From the NCBI GenBank assembly GCA_035636595.1, contig DASPYU010000016.1, positions 193,518 through 257,517 of the forward strand: DNA of 64,000 nucleotides, given 5' to 3'. This document shows, one piece after another, positions 55,225-64,000 of the stretch. Every line of letters begins with the position of its first letter. The stretch's first letter is position 1. This DNA comes from Thermoplasmata archaeon. Its GTDB lineage: Archaea; Thermoplasmatota; Thermoplasmata; RBG-16-68-12. Under the pieces are notes generated by a model that made no database searches, was not told where the DNA came from, and worked only from the letters and a program-made list of their open reading frames with translations. The position numbers were made by a program, and so were the translations under genes.

Positions 55225-56175
55225 CTAGCGGCCCGCGAATGTGCGAGCGCGCCGACGGACTGCCGGCGCGCTCGGATACGGATGCCGACGATCCTCCAGG
55301 TGCAGGGCGGCGGCGGCGTTCGCGAAGCGCAACGCTTCGGCAATCTCCGATTTGTACGCCCGCGCGAAGACGTACGCGGCGTTGAATACGTCCCCGCACC
55401 CGGTCGGGTTGTCAATCGGGACCGGGAACGCCGCAGCGCTCACTCGGTCGGATCGGGTGACGGCGGTCGCACCCCGGTCCGCCTGATGCACGACGACTTC
55501 CTGGGGCCCCCGGGAACACAGGTGCGCCGCGGCCTCGAGCGGATCGGTTCGACCCGCGACCGCGCACACCTCCGCCTCGTTGCCGAAGAACGTCGTCACG
55601 TTGCGCAAGCACGTGCGGACGGCCTCGAGTCGTTCGTCGGGCCAACCGCGAGGATCCGTTGACACATCGAGCGACGTCGCCAGCCCGGAGCGCCGAGCGC
55701 GGCCGAGGAGGAGCGAAGTCGGTTTGCCGATCAGCGACTCGGTCCACCAGAATCCGGATCGGTGGAGATGGTCCGCACCGCGGAAGAGGCCTGCGGGCAC
55801 GTCCCGGAGGCGGAGGCTCGCGTTCGCCCCGAGCGCCGTGATGAGGGCTCGTCCTCCGGCCGCCCATGTGAGGGCCATCGTCGCCCCGGTGGGAAGGCGC
55901 GGATCGATGCGCAACACGGCGCGCACTCCGTGGTGTCGATACGCCTTCCGGAGGATTTCGCCGTTCGGATCGGCCCCGATTGCCCCGACGAATGCGGTGC
56001 CCGCGCCGAGGCTCGCGATCGCGAGCGCGAAGTTCGTCGCGTTCCCGCCCGGCATCGCGTCGAGGGCGCGCACGTGACCCTGGAAGTCCGCGTGAGGGAT
56101 CGGCGGCAGCGGCGGCGTGACCAGGTCGACGATCGCATCGCCGACCGCGACGACGCGCGGCTGCCTCTGCGCCAT
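55225..56175 (-). CDS. PfkB-family carbohydrate/nucleoside kinase
   Basis: 316 aa. N-terminal GG motif (MPGGNATNFA), C-terminal DTTGAGD-like PTGCGDVFNAAYV anion hole. Confidence 0.85.
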   Translation of the reverse strand: MAQRQPRVVAVGDAIVDLVTPPLPPIPHADFQGHVRALDAMPGGNATNFALAIASLGAGTAFVGAIGADPNGEILRKAYRHHGVRAVLRIDPRLPTGATMALTWAAGGRALITALGANASLRLRDVPAGLFRGADHLHRSGFWWTESLIGKPTSLLLGRARRSGLATSLDVSTDPRGWPDERLEAVRTCLRNVTTFFGNEAEVCAVAGRTDPLEAAAHLCSRGPQEVVVHQADRGATAVTRSDRVSAAAFPVPIDNPTGCGDVFNAAYVFARAYKSEIAEALRFANAAAALHLEDRRHPYPSAPAVRRRARTFAGR

Positions 56176-56176
56176 C

Positions 56177-56335
56177 TCATCCCTTCCAGAGGCCCTGCCG
56201 CTTCAGCTCCTCGACGACGACCTTGTAGTCCGCGGGCCGCGCGCAACGCGGGCAGAAGAGACTCCCATGGGCGTCCCGGACCGGGTCCGGCCCCTCCCAT
56301 CCGCAGAATCGACAGGTGGCGTCCGTGAGTGCCAT
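56177..56335 (-). CDS. small zinc-ribbon protein (52 aa), not in the ORF track
   Basis: Minus-strand ATG at 56335. MALTDATCRFCGWEGPDPVRDAHGSLFCPRCARPADYKVVVEELKRQGLWKG. CxxC...CxxC. Its TGA overlaps the PfkB ATG (ATGA). It starts 8 nt after the PolB stop. Confidence 0.35.
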   Translation of the reverse strand: MALTDATCRFCGWEGPDPVRDAHGSLFCPRCARPADYKVVVEELKRQGLWKG

Positions 56336-56342
56336 CGCGACC

Positions 56343-58793
56343 TCAGAAGAAGTCTTCGAGCGTCAGCTTCTTCTCGACCTTGCGGGTCCGCTCGACGCCG
56401 GGAGCCTCGCCGAAGTCTTCGCTGAACAACGACTTCTGCTGTGCCGGCTGCGTGCCCGTGAACAGGGCCTTCTCGTCCCATCCGTAGACTTCCGTCACGT
56501 AGGCGAGGGTTTGGGCAATCCGCCGACCGTAGTACTCCCAGTCCGGCGCCTTCTCGAACTTGCGTCCGGAGAGGTAGGGCTCGACCTCCATCGGGGACTT
56601 CTTGTGGTCCGTGACGATCCAGGAGACCTTCATCCCGGGCATGAACTCCTCGCCCATCTCCTCGAGCTTCCGCGCCGCAATGACGTTGCTCATGGAGTCC
56701 GGGTTGACGTACTGGTTCTCCTCCTTGACGGTGCGCGAGATCACGATCATCTCGATCGGATTCTTCTCCACGTCCGGAAGCGGCGGATGGCCCGATCGGA
56801 CCTCCGCGACGATCCGCTTCGCGAGATCGATCGCGCCCTCCGGATCGTTGTCGAGGACCTTGTCGAACACGGCGAGCTGCGCCTCGCTCTGCAGCTCGAA
56901 CGCGTCCGTGCGGCGGATCTCGTAGCCGCGGACGACGAGGTCACCTTCGTTAGGCCACGCGACCTTGCCCGCGTACCGCTTCTTGCGTCCGTGGCTGAAG
57001 AGCGAGCGGTAGACCTTGTCGACCTCCATGCTGATCCGCCCGCGGGAGAACCGCTCCGCGGTCTTCCGCGCGAATTCCAGGGAAGGCTCGAGCCCCGGGG
57101 TCGGCGACTGGAAGAAGACGGAGTCCGTGTCGGCGTAGACGACCTTCACGCCTTCCGCCTCGAGTTCGCCGATGATCCCTTTGATCCGCTCCCGCGCGAA
57201 CGCGGTGATGGACGCGCCGACCTTCGGGTCGTTGAAGCGGTAGAACGAGGACGCGAGGACGCCGTAGAACGCGTTCATGAGGACCTTGATCGCGGCCTGG
57301 AGCCCGTCGTAGAACTCCTTCATCTGCGGGTCCTTCGCATCCCGCATCTTCACCCGCACCTCCTGGCGGTCCTTCATCAGGTTCGCGAGGATCACGGGGA
57401 GGAGCCCTTTCTTCACCTCCGCGGAGAGGAACTTGGCGCCCGTCGGGCTCTCGATCGTCCCGCTCGACGAGACGGTCGTGAAGCAGATGTTGTTCTCGAT
57501 GATGAGGGACGGATACATCGCCCGGAAGTCCAGGGAGATCACCCACTCGTACAGCCCGGGCTGCAGGCTGTGCACGTAGCCGCCTTCGATTTGCTCGACG
57601 CGACCGCCGCGCATCTTCATCATCGGCACCGCGACGCCCGCGCGGTCCGCGGCGCGGATCAGGATCGAGTCGATCAGGTTCGACGTGCGGCCGTGGAGCA
57701 CATCCTCCAGGGGGAGCTTGCTCACCGCCGCCAAGTCGAGCGTCTTCTCGATGCGCCGCACGCGCTCGAGGATCCTCAGGGAAAGCTCCGCGTCCTGGAT
57801 GCAGTACCGGATGACCTTGTCCTTGTCCCGCTCCCATTCCTCATCGATCTTCCCGCGTTCGAGCTCGTGCTTCCCTTCCCCGAGGAGCTGCTTCGCGACG
57901 TAGTCGAGCGTCTCCTGCTTCAGGTGCAGGGTCAGGCGCTCCGCCTTCACCGCCCACCAGACGTCCGTGAGGATCCGTCCGTCGATGCGCCAAAAGCGCT
58001 CGCCCATGTGGAAGAAGTCCGAGAAGTCGCGGGCGAGCTGTAGGTTGTGAATCCCGTTCTGCTTAGCCCGCTCGATGAGCACGGGCAGGTCGTATCCGTC
58101 GATGTTGTACCCGGAGATGATGTCCGGGTCCAAATCTTGGATGAGTTTCACGAACCGCTCGACGATCTCCCGCTCCTTGCCCGTGAGGATACGTGTCTTG
58201 ATCTCGTCGCCTTCGCGATACGCGACGCCGATGCAGAAGATGTGGCCGTCGTGGATGCTGTTCTCGATGTCGAAGCTCAGGATGCGCAACGCGGGCGGGA
58301 ACGGGTCGCAGTGCTCGAATCGCTCGGCGACCACGAAGAGGTCTGTCGTGTACCGGCCTGCGGCCTTCGCTTCCGTCCCGTGGACGCGGACGGCGGCCCC
58401 GAGGTCCATGTCGTAGATGAACCGGTGCTGGAACGGGATGTCCGCCTCGAACGGTGTCGATCCGAACCGGCGGGCCTTCTCCCGGTATTCGGGCGTCTTC
58501 CAGGGTTGACGGAGGACCACGCGGGCGCACGGGGTTGGCCGTCCCTCGACCTCGAGGGTGACGTCTTCGAAGGCCTGGACCTGCTTGTCCCGCGCGAACG
58601 CGCCGCGAAGCGCTTGCGGCGGAGATACGACGAAGAAGTACGGCTTGAATCCGGAGAACTCGACCGCGATGCTCTTGCCTTCCCGGGTGCGGCCGAAGAT
58701 CTGGATCACCGGCACCTGGGGCTCCTCGGGCCCGCTGGGCGGCTCGCGTCGGTACGATGCCGTGAGGATCCGAACATCCCAGAATTCGCTCAT
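56343..58793 (-). CDS. polB: family B DNA polymerase
   Basis: 816 aa. Exo motifs (FDIEN, YNIDGYDLPVL, YCIQDAEL). Pol motifs SLYPSII-like (AMYPSLII), KVLMNAFYG, YADTDS. Confidence 0.95.
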   Translation of the reverse strand: MSEFWDVRILTASYRREPPSGPEEPQVPVIQIFGRTREGKSIAVEFSGFKPYFFVVSPPQALRGAFARDKQVQAFEDVTLEVEGRPTPCARVVLRQPWKTPEYREKARRFGSTPFEADIPFQHRFIYDMDLGAAVRVHGTEAKAAGRYTTDLFVVAERFEHCDPFPPALRILSFDIENSIHDGHIFCIGVAYREGDEIKTRILTGKEREIVERFVKLIQDLDPDIISGYNIDGYDLPVLIERAKQNGIHNLQLARDFSDFFHMGERFWRIDGRILTDVWWAVKAERLTLHLKQETLDYVAKQLLGEGKHELERGKIDEEWERDKDKVIRYCIQDAELSLRILERVRRIEKTLDLAAVSKLPLEDVLHGRTSNLIDSILIRAADRAGVAVPMMKMRGGRVEQIEGGYVHSLQPGLYEWVISLDFRAMYPSLIIENNICFTTVSSSGTIESPTGAKFLSAEVKKGLLPVILANLMKDRQEVRVKMRDAKDPQMKEFYDGLQAAIKVLMNAFYGVLASSFYRFNDPKVGASITAFARERIKGIIGELEAEGVKVVYADTDSVFFQSPTPGLEPSLEFARKTAERFSRGRISMEVDKVYRSLFSHGRKKRYAGKVAWPNEGDLVVRGYEIRRTDAFELQSEAQLAVFDKVLDNDPEGAIDLAKRIVAEVRSGHPPLPDVEKNPIEMIVISRTVKEENQYVNPDSMSNVIAARKLEEMGEEFMPGMKVSWIVTDHKKSPMEVEPYLSGRKFEKAPDWEYYGRRIAQTLAYVTEVYGWDEKALFTGTQPAQQKSLFSEDFGEAPGVERTRKVEKKLTLEDFF

Positions 58794-60007
58794 GCCTTCG
58801 CCACGATCTTGATGACGTCCCCATCCTGGACCGGGTGGTCCCGGCCCACCACCATCTTCGTGCGTGCGTTGATGGCGCGGATGAAGTGGTTACCCAAGTC
58901 GGTGTGGACCTTAAAGGCTACGTCGGCCGCGGTGGAACCGCGCGGCACGAGGAAGGCGTCCGGGAGGACGTTGCCGGCTTTGTCGGTCCAATGATGCTCG
59001 TCCTCGACCGGATAGACGACGATCAAGTCGAGCAACTTGAACACGGCCTCCTCGATGCACGCTTGGACGCCCGTGGAGCCGCGCGTCCGGAGGAATGCCT
59101 GGATCATCTCGAGGCCTTTCGTTTGTGCGGGAGAAAGTTTCTCTAGGTTCAGCACGCGGAACGAGGAAGCGCCGGGTTCGTAGACGATCAGACCCGCGCC
59201 TGCCGCGCGCCGCAGAGCGAGTTCGTACTCCGCCGATGTGGGGATCACGTGGTAGTCCTCCACCTTGCGGAGGCGATCCATGGCCTCCTGCGAGACGAGA
59301 TCCGCTTTGTTCGCCGCAAGGACTGTCGGCTTGCCTCGGCGCAGAATCTTCCGAGCGATTCGTAGGAGGTCGTCCGGTGTCCAACGCGCGATCTTCGGAT
59401 CCAGAGGGACTTCGCGCAACGCGAGATGGATCTTCGTCTCGGTCAATCCGAGGCCGGTAAGCCGGGTCAGGAGGAGTTTCTCGGGAGGCACCTCCTCAAG
59501 GTCCGCATGCCGCGCCTCCTTCTCCCAATTCCTGGATAGGATTCCGGCGACCCAGTGAGCGAGCTCGTCCTCGAGGAACCGCACGTCGTTGAGCGGATCG
59601 TGGCTCCCGGGAGGTACGGGGTTGCCCTCGAAGTCCGTCCCCCCGGTCACATCAATGACGTGGACAAAGGCACTCGCCTGCCGTAGGTCGTCGAGGAACT
59701 TGTTTCCCAGGCCCCGGCCTTCGTGGGCCTTGGGGACGAGACCGGCGACATCGAGCAGCTCCACGGGAATCAGTCGCGTGCCGTCCTGGCAGGGCGCGTT
59801 GTTCGGTTTGCAGACGTGGCCGATTTCCTTGTGGGGGCACGGCTTGCGAACGTAGGCGACGCCCCGGTTCGCTTCGATCGTCGTGAAGGGATAGTTCGCG
59901 ATCTGCACGGGCGCCAGCGTGGCAGCCGCGAAGAACGTCGACTTGCCGACGTTCGGCTTCCCTACGACCCCCAACTCCACGGCGCAAAGAACGTGATTCC
60001 GCCACAA
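58790..60007 (-). CDS. Obg-like/YchF-type GTPase with C-terminal TGS domain
   Basis: G1 GKPNVGKST, G3 DVAG, G4 NKAD, C-terminal TGS (VVGRDHPVQDGDVIKIV). Overlaps polB by 4 nt. Confidence 0.85.
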   Translation of the reverse strand: MWRNHVLCAVELGVVGKPNVGKSTFFAAATLAPVQIANYPFTTIEANRGVAYVRKPCPHKEIGHVCKPNNAPCQDGTRLIPVELLDVAGLVPKAHEGRGLGNKFLDDLRQASAFVHVIDVTGGTDFEGNPVPPGSHDPLNDVRFLEDELAHWVAGILSRNWEKEARHADLEEVPPEKLLLTRLTGLGLTETKIHLALREVPLDPKIARWTPDDLLRIARKILRRGKPTVLAANKADLVSQEAMDRLRKVEDYHVIPTSAEYELALRRAAGAGLIVYEPGASSFRVLNLEKLSPAQTKGLEMIQAFLRTRGSTGVQACIEEAVFKLLDLIVVYPVEDEHHWTDKAGNVLPDAFLVPRGSTAADVAFKVHTDLGNHFIRAINARTKMVVGRDHPVQDGDVIKIVAKA

Positions 60008-60065
60008 GTACCTTTAGCGCCAAGAGCCCAAGGCAGGCGCAGCGTGAATTTCCTGATGTATTCGC

Positions 60066-63000
60066 TTACTTGCGGCGCGTCCGGCGTCTACGCGAGAGAA
60101 GGAGGACGAGTACTCCCGTCGTGAAAGCGGGGGCCATCAAGTCGCTAAATTCAGGGACACTTACTGTGATCGAGCTGTCCTGAGACGCACCGCTCCCATC
60201 GTATTTGAGATCAATCGATGGACCTGAGACGTATTCGACCCGAAGCCGGATTCTTTGGTTCGCGGTAATCGAGACGGTACCGCTTGAACAACTAAAGAGT
60301 TGGTCATCGCCTCCGGTGGTATTCGTGTTCGTCCAACAGACCAGGCTGGGTGAACTCCCGTTCTGATTGGTGACAGCAAACGTCACGTTCAGGATGGTTC
60401 CGCTTGATGTCGAGAGATCCAGCTGTCCGGCCCAGCTCCCAGCGGCGATCGTCTCATCGGCCGATGCCGGATCCGTGAAGAAACAAGCCGTCGTGTTTCC
60501 ACTCGACAACGTAATGGATGCCCCACCGCCGCCTCGCGTCGTGTTGAGACCCTTGACGAACACACAGTCGCCCGAAACAATCTGGGGGTCCGAATCGCGC
60601 AGGTAAAACGTTGAGTCGCCGAATCCGAACGCTTGCGGTGAACTCACGGCGCGCGGGCCTGGCGCGAACTGGGAAGAAGGCGCCAGCGAAGGGGCTCCAA
60701 TCCCTGTCGTCCAATCCACACTGGAAGACCAATCGGTTGCCTCGAAAACCATTCGAGTCGTGTTCGTAACCGGCCCGACCGCTACTGATCCCTCAATCTC
60801 AAAATCAGTCTTCGCAAGCGCATTGGCTGGGAGGGCAACTTTCGTCCAGGTTCCGGTCCACATGTACAGAGCTCTACTCGTGATTCGTCCGCTCAGCCCA
60901 CGGATCTCGAACATGTGGTCCGCGTAGATCCCAGCGATCGGAACGCCTGTCGGGTCCGACGCATTCAAATCGATGTAGACACGCAGAATATCCTCGCCGG
61001 TCTGCCGCGGCAGCGGGAGAGGACGGCCGGACGCGTTTCCCCCTTGACCGCGTGGCGAGGGAACGATGCGTTCCGGCACCGCGCCCCCGAGCATCTCACC
61101 CGCGACCGCGACGTGGAAGAATGCCGTGGATGGGTCCACCGCTGCGCCGTACCGGACGATGTTCACGTCCGAATTGGTCACCGGAATCGAGTCCGAATCG
61201 GGAACATCTCGACCGACCCAATCGCTGAAGAGTCCGTCAATCCGGACGGCAGACGGTGGCGAGACGACGTAAGCACGAATCGGGCCGCCGCCGTGAACGA
61301 ACACCGGTTTCGTGCCGCTCGCGCCGAGGACATCGACTTGGATGGCATCGCCGGGCAAAAATCCCGGGGCCGAGACGGACGCCGTGATGGTGGCGTTCGG
61401 CTGGCCCTGGGTCAAGGTTACGGATTCCGCCGAGAGGGAGACAACCACGCCGGGCGTGGCGTTAAGCTGAATCGAGGACACATCCCATGTGAATGAGGAT
61501 GGCGTCCCGAGCGCCCGCGCGCGAATCGTGAAGAGAGGGGTGGGGCCAGCGCCTACGGTCGATGTCAACGGCGAGACGAGGAGGAGGACCGCTCCGCCAT
61601 CCGGGGACAATTGCGCGAGACTACGACTCGAATCGCCGCGGAAGTCATCCGCATAGACGAGAATGCGGAACGCCGTAGGATCGAACCCGTTGAAATCGTA
61701 CGTAGACACTCGGGCCTCGACGCCCGTCGCCGAGGCCGCGGACTGAACAGACCCGCCCGGTTGACGCTGGCTCCAGTTCACCTCGGCATTGGCGGGGAAC
61801 GTGTACAGCCGGGCGCCTGCGACGGTAAAGTTCGCGCCAAACACACTGACGACCGCGTCCGCCCCGATTCCCTCGAACGACAGACCGGTGGACGCGTTCC
61901 CGTCCGCGTCGATCAGGAAATACACTCCATCGTATCCCGTGCTATCCCCGAAGGTACCGCCCAGGGTCGTCGCGTAAAGATAGAGCGAATTCTGATCGAG
62001 CAGGGATGCGTATTGGCCGATTGAGACGAACGGATTCGAGGCCTGGGTCGCGGCATTGAGCTTCGGCACCGCGTCCCAATCGCTGAACGAGCCGTCGATC
62101 GCGATCGGCGCCGTGGGTCCGGAGACCGGGATGAAGAGCAATGCGAAGATCACGATGGCGACGAGCGACCCGGACGCGATCGCCGCATAGCGCACGCGCC
62201 GGGAGGGCCCCACCAACCGGACCGCGCTTCTCCCCGACCGGACGAACTGAGTGCCATTCACGATCCCGTTGATGCGACCTTGCGCGCCGACGAGACCGTT
62301 CACGCGCCCTTGGGCAGTCACGAGACCGTTCACCCGACCGGCGGGTTGGACGAGTCCGTTGACGCGACCCGTGCCGTTCACGAGTCCGTTCACGCGGCCC
62401 ATGCCGTTGACGAGACCGTTCACCTTGCCGGCGGTTCCTCGGCCTTCCCGCTTCGGGCGCATCCCGCTGACGAGGCCGCGGCTGCCGCGCATCCAACCGG
62501 AGAGGAATCCGACGGACGTGGCAAGGGGAGAGGGCGGCGTGGCCACGGCCTTCTCGCCTTCGGGCTTCTTCGCCTCCGGCACGATCTTCTCGTCCGGTCG
62601 CATCGACTCTTCGAGCTCTTCGATCAGCCAGTCGAGCACAGCCGCCTTCGTGCGCTCGAGTTCCTCGGTCGATAGGGACTCCTCGAGCTCGCCGACGAGA
62701 AGGTCGTCCACGAGATTGTCGAGTTCCGGGGCCTGTGTACTCGGGCGGACCTCGCGTGGCGCGGGCGCCCCCTCTGGCGCAGGGACCGAGGCGCCGCACG
62801 ACGGGCAGCGCTCCGCGCCCTCCGGGAGAGGCCGGCCGCACTCGGTGCATGCGGGGCCGGCTCGGGTGATCAGGTCGTCGAGCTCGGCGATCTCCTGATC
62901 CCAGGCCACGTCGTCGAGGAGCGAGCTCGCAGTCGTGCGGAGTTTCTCGGACCACTCCGGCTTGCGCGCATGCTTCGCATGGATTCGCAGGAGCGCGACC

Positions 63001-63863
63001 TTGAACTTCCGCTGGTCCGGCGCTTTTGATGCGGCGCGTTCGAGACTTTCAACGGCCTGGTCCGTCCGTCCGAAGGAGTCCAGTAGAAGGCCGCGCGCAT
63101 AGAGGAGGTCGGCGTCATCGGGCTTCTGAGCCAACCGGTTATCGTAGAAGGCGACCAGCCCCGCAATGCCCTCGTCGAGGAAGGCCCGCCGGATCGCCTC
63201 GTCCATCTCCTCCTCGTCGAAGGAGGCGCCGCACTCGGGACATGAGGGCGCGTATGCGGACGTGAGACACCCGCAGAGGGGACACTCGTACTCGTCCTGC
63301 GCGACACTCTCCTTCGTCCGTTGCGGAGGGGCGTAGTTCAGCAAGCTGAACGACGCGAAGATCTTCCGCGCCGCGAGCGGGCCGACCTCCGGGATCCTCG
63401 CGAGGTCCGATTCCTTCACCCGGGCGAGCTTCCAGAGCGCGTTGTAGCCGCGATCGACCAGTGCTTGGGCGCGGGACGGATCCAAACCGAATGCTCGCAG
63501 TGTCGCGAGCATCGCCGCGGTGTCGACCTCGCCTCGGAGCTTTCGCTTCCGCCGGCCTTCGAGGACCGGGGCCGCCGCCACGGCCGGAGGCAGGGGTTGA
63601 TGGGTCGCGGGCTCGGCGGGCGATTCTTCGGACTCCCGTGGTGCGGTAGGTGGCGATCCGGGAGCCGGAAACCTCGAGTGACACTGATCGCAGATGACCT
63701 GCCACGGACTGAACGTCCCGCACTCCGGGCACGCGACGGCCCAGTCGAGCTGGCGCGCGTTGTGGAGGATCGACGCGGCGCCGCACGACTCGCAGAGGAC
63801 GATTGGGAAGAGCTTTCCGCCGCAAGAGCTGCACGAGGGAAAGTCCTCGACCTGGGGACTCAC
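60066..63863 (-). CDS. large single-pass membrane protein: cytoplasmic multi-zinc-ribbon/HhH region, GRVNGLV decapeptide repeats, TM helix, N-glycosylation-rich ectodomain, C-terminal PEF-type TM anchor
   Basis: 1265 aa. Four CxxC...CxxC pairs at residues 11–65, 194–211 and 339–356. HhH-like ATLRAFGLDPSRAQALVDRGY...IPEVGPLAARKI. 6 x GRVNGLVxxx. TM AAIASGSLVAIVIFALLFIPVSG. About 680-aa ectodomain with more than 20 NxS/T sequons. C-terminus VPEFSDLMAPAFTTGVLVLLLSRRRRTRRK. Confidence 0.7.
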   Translation of the reverse strand: MSPQVEDFPSCSSCGGKLFPIVLCESCGAASILHNARQLDWAVACPECGTFSPWQVICDQCHSRFPAPGSPPTAPRESEESPAEPATHQPLPPAVAAAPVLEGRRKRKLRGEVDTAAMLATLRAFGLDPSRAQALVDRGYNALWKLARVKESDLARIPEVGPLAARKIFASFSLLNYAPPQRTKESVAQDEYECPLCGCLTSAYAPSCPECGASFDEEEMDEAIRRAFLDEGIAGLVAFYDNRLAQKPDDADLLYARGLLLDSFGRTDQAVESLERAASKAPDQRKFKVALLRIHAKHARKPEWSEKLRTTASSLLDDVAWDQEIAELDDLITRAGPACTECGRPLPEGAERCPSCGASVPAPEGAPAPREVRPSTQAPELDNLVDDLLVGELEESLSTEELERTKAAVLDWLIEELEESMRPDEKIVPEAKKPEGEKAVATPPSPLATSVGFLSGWMRGSRGLVSGMRPKREGRGTAGKVNGLVNGMGRVNGLVNGTGRVNGLVQPAGRVNGLVTAQGRVNGLVGAQGRINGIVNGTQFVRSGRSAVRLVGPSRRVRYAAIASGSLVAIVIFALLFIPVSGPTAPIAIDGSFSDWDAVPKLNAATQASNPFVSIGQYASLLDQNSLYLYATTLGGTFGDSTGYDGVYFLIDADGNASTGLSFEGIGADAVVSVFGANFTVAGARLYTFPANAEVNWSQRQPGGSVQSAASATGVEARVSTYDFNGFDPTAFRILVYADDFRGDSSRSLAQLSPDGGAVLLLVSPLTSTVGAGPTPLFTIRARALGTPSSFTWDVSSIQLNATPGVVVSLSAESVTLTQGQPNATITASVSAPGFLPGDAIQVDVLGASGTKPVFVHGGGPIRAYVVSPPSAVRIDGLFSDWVGRDVPDSDSIPVTNSDVNIVRYGAAVDPSTAFFHVAVAGEMLGGAVPERIVPSPRGQGGNASGRPLPLPRQTGEDILRVYIDLNASDPTGVPIAGIYADHMFEIRGLSGRITSRALYMWTGTWTKVALPANALAKTDFEIEGSVAVGPVTNTTRMVFEATDWSSSVDWTTGIGAPSLAPSSQFAPGPRAVSSPQAFGFGDSTFYLRDSDPQIVSGDCVFVKGLNTTRGGGGASITLSSGNTTACFFTDPASADETIAAGSWAGQLDLSTSSGTILNVTFAVTNQNGSSPSLVCWTNTNTTGGDDQLFSCSSGTVSITANQRIRLRVEYVSGPSIDLKYDGSGASQDSSITVSVPEFSDLMAPAFTTGVLVLLLSRRRRTRRK
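62250..62429 (-). repeat. 6 x 30-bp in-frame tandem repeat (GRVNGLVxxx) inside the large membrane protein
   Basis: DNA repeats gacgagaccgttcacgcg... and the antisense reading PFTRP x7 are visible directly. Confidence 0.7.
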
Positions 63864-64000
63864 CCGAGTAGCCTCCTACGGCGGGCCGGCGCGAGGCGGA
63901 AGCGGGGGGAAGAGGGTGGCCTCTCGCTGCAGCGGAATCGTGCGACCATCACGCGTCGCCTGCGCGCTTACCTTTTATAGAGCGTTATGGACTTTCGCCC

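Noticed and set aside
56316-58043. 575-aa plus-strand ORF
   Set aside because: Antisense to the family B DNA polymerase.
1-64000. CRISPR arrays, rRNA genes, integrase/transposase genes
   Set aside because: Searched by eye for regularly spaced direct repeats, 16S/23S-like conserved blocks and tyrosine-recombinase/DDE motifs. None found. The only tandem repeats are the in-frame coding repeats at 18.7 kb and 62.3 kb.

Overview
This 64 kb window is a high-GC (about 65–70%) archaeal chromosome segment, densely coded. It carries two tRNAs and a ~4.3 kb lower-GC islet of unknown function.

The archaeal identity rests on several calls:
- Group II chaperonin (thermosome)
- Cdc48/VAT AAA ATPase
- Family B DNA polymerase
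- Ribosomal protein L15e
- aRqcH (NFACT ribosome quality control protein)
- Divergent Lrp/glutamine synthetase pair
- Archaeal-type TATA boxes

Shine-Dalgarno-like GGAGG motifs sit 6–10 nt upstream of many start codons. Several ORFs in the supplied track begin at TTG or GTG.

Recognisable genes include:
- A co-oriented stress block: thermosome, Hsp20, GrpE, DnaK, DnaJ
- glnA, divergent from lrp
- A Zn-ribbon-repeat protein, NfeD and flotillin operon
- Cdc48 next to a SHOCT-bactofilin gene and a SHOCT-tailed HTH regulator
- TrpB2, HtpX, IMPase-NAD kinase-JAMM
- A GlmM-GlmU-GT4 sugar-nucleotide operon
- tRNA-Thr(GGU) and tRNA-Leu(CAG)
- A sulfonate-type ABC transporter with a TauE exporter and an MFS transporter
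- A ThiI-like THUMP protein, L15e, a Trm11-type methyltransferase, a PfkB kinase, PolB, an Obg-like GTPase
- A 1265-aa multi-Zn-ribbon transmembrane protein with a glycosylated ectodomain

The most unusual feature is the lower-GC islet at about 33.2–37.5 kb. It sits between the thermosome promoter and the IMPase/NADK operon. It holds:
- A candidate toxin–antitoxin pair whose antitoxin combines a YgiT/MqsA-type Zn ribbon with a Panacea (DUF4065) domain
- A glycine-zipper micro-protein
- Three ORFs with non-ATG starts and a frame pattern suggesting either a tightly coupled operon or one frameshifted about 535-aa gene ending in a HEPN-like Rx5H motif
- An Hjc-like PD-(D/E)xK nuclease

No integrase, CRISPR array or rRNA was found. 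Many long antisense ORFs in the track are high-GC artefacts.
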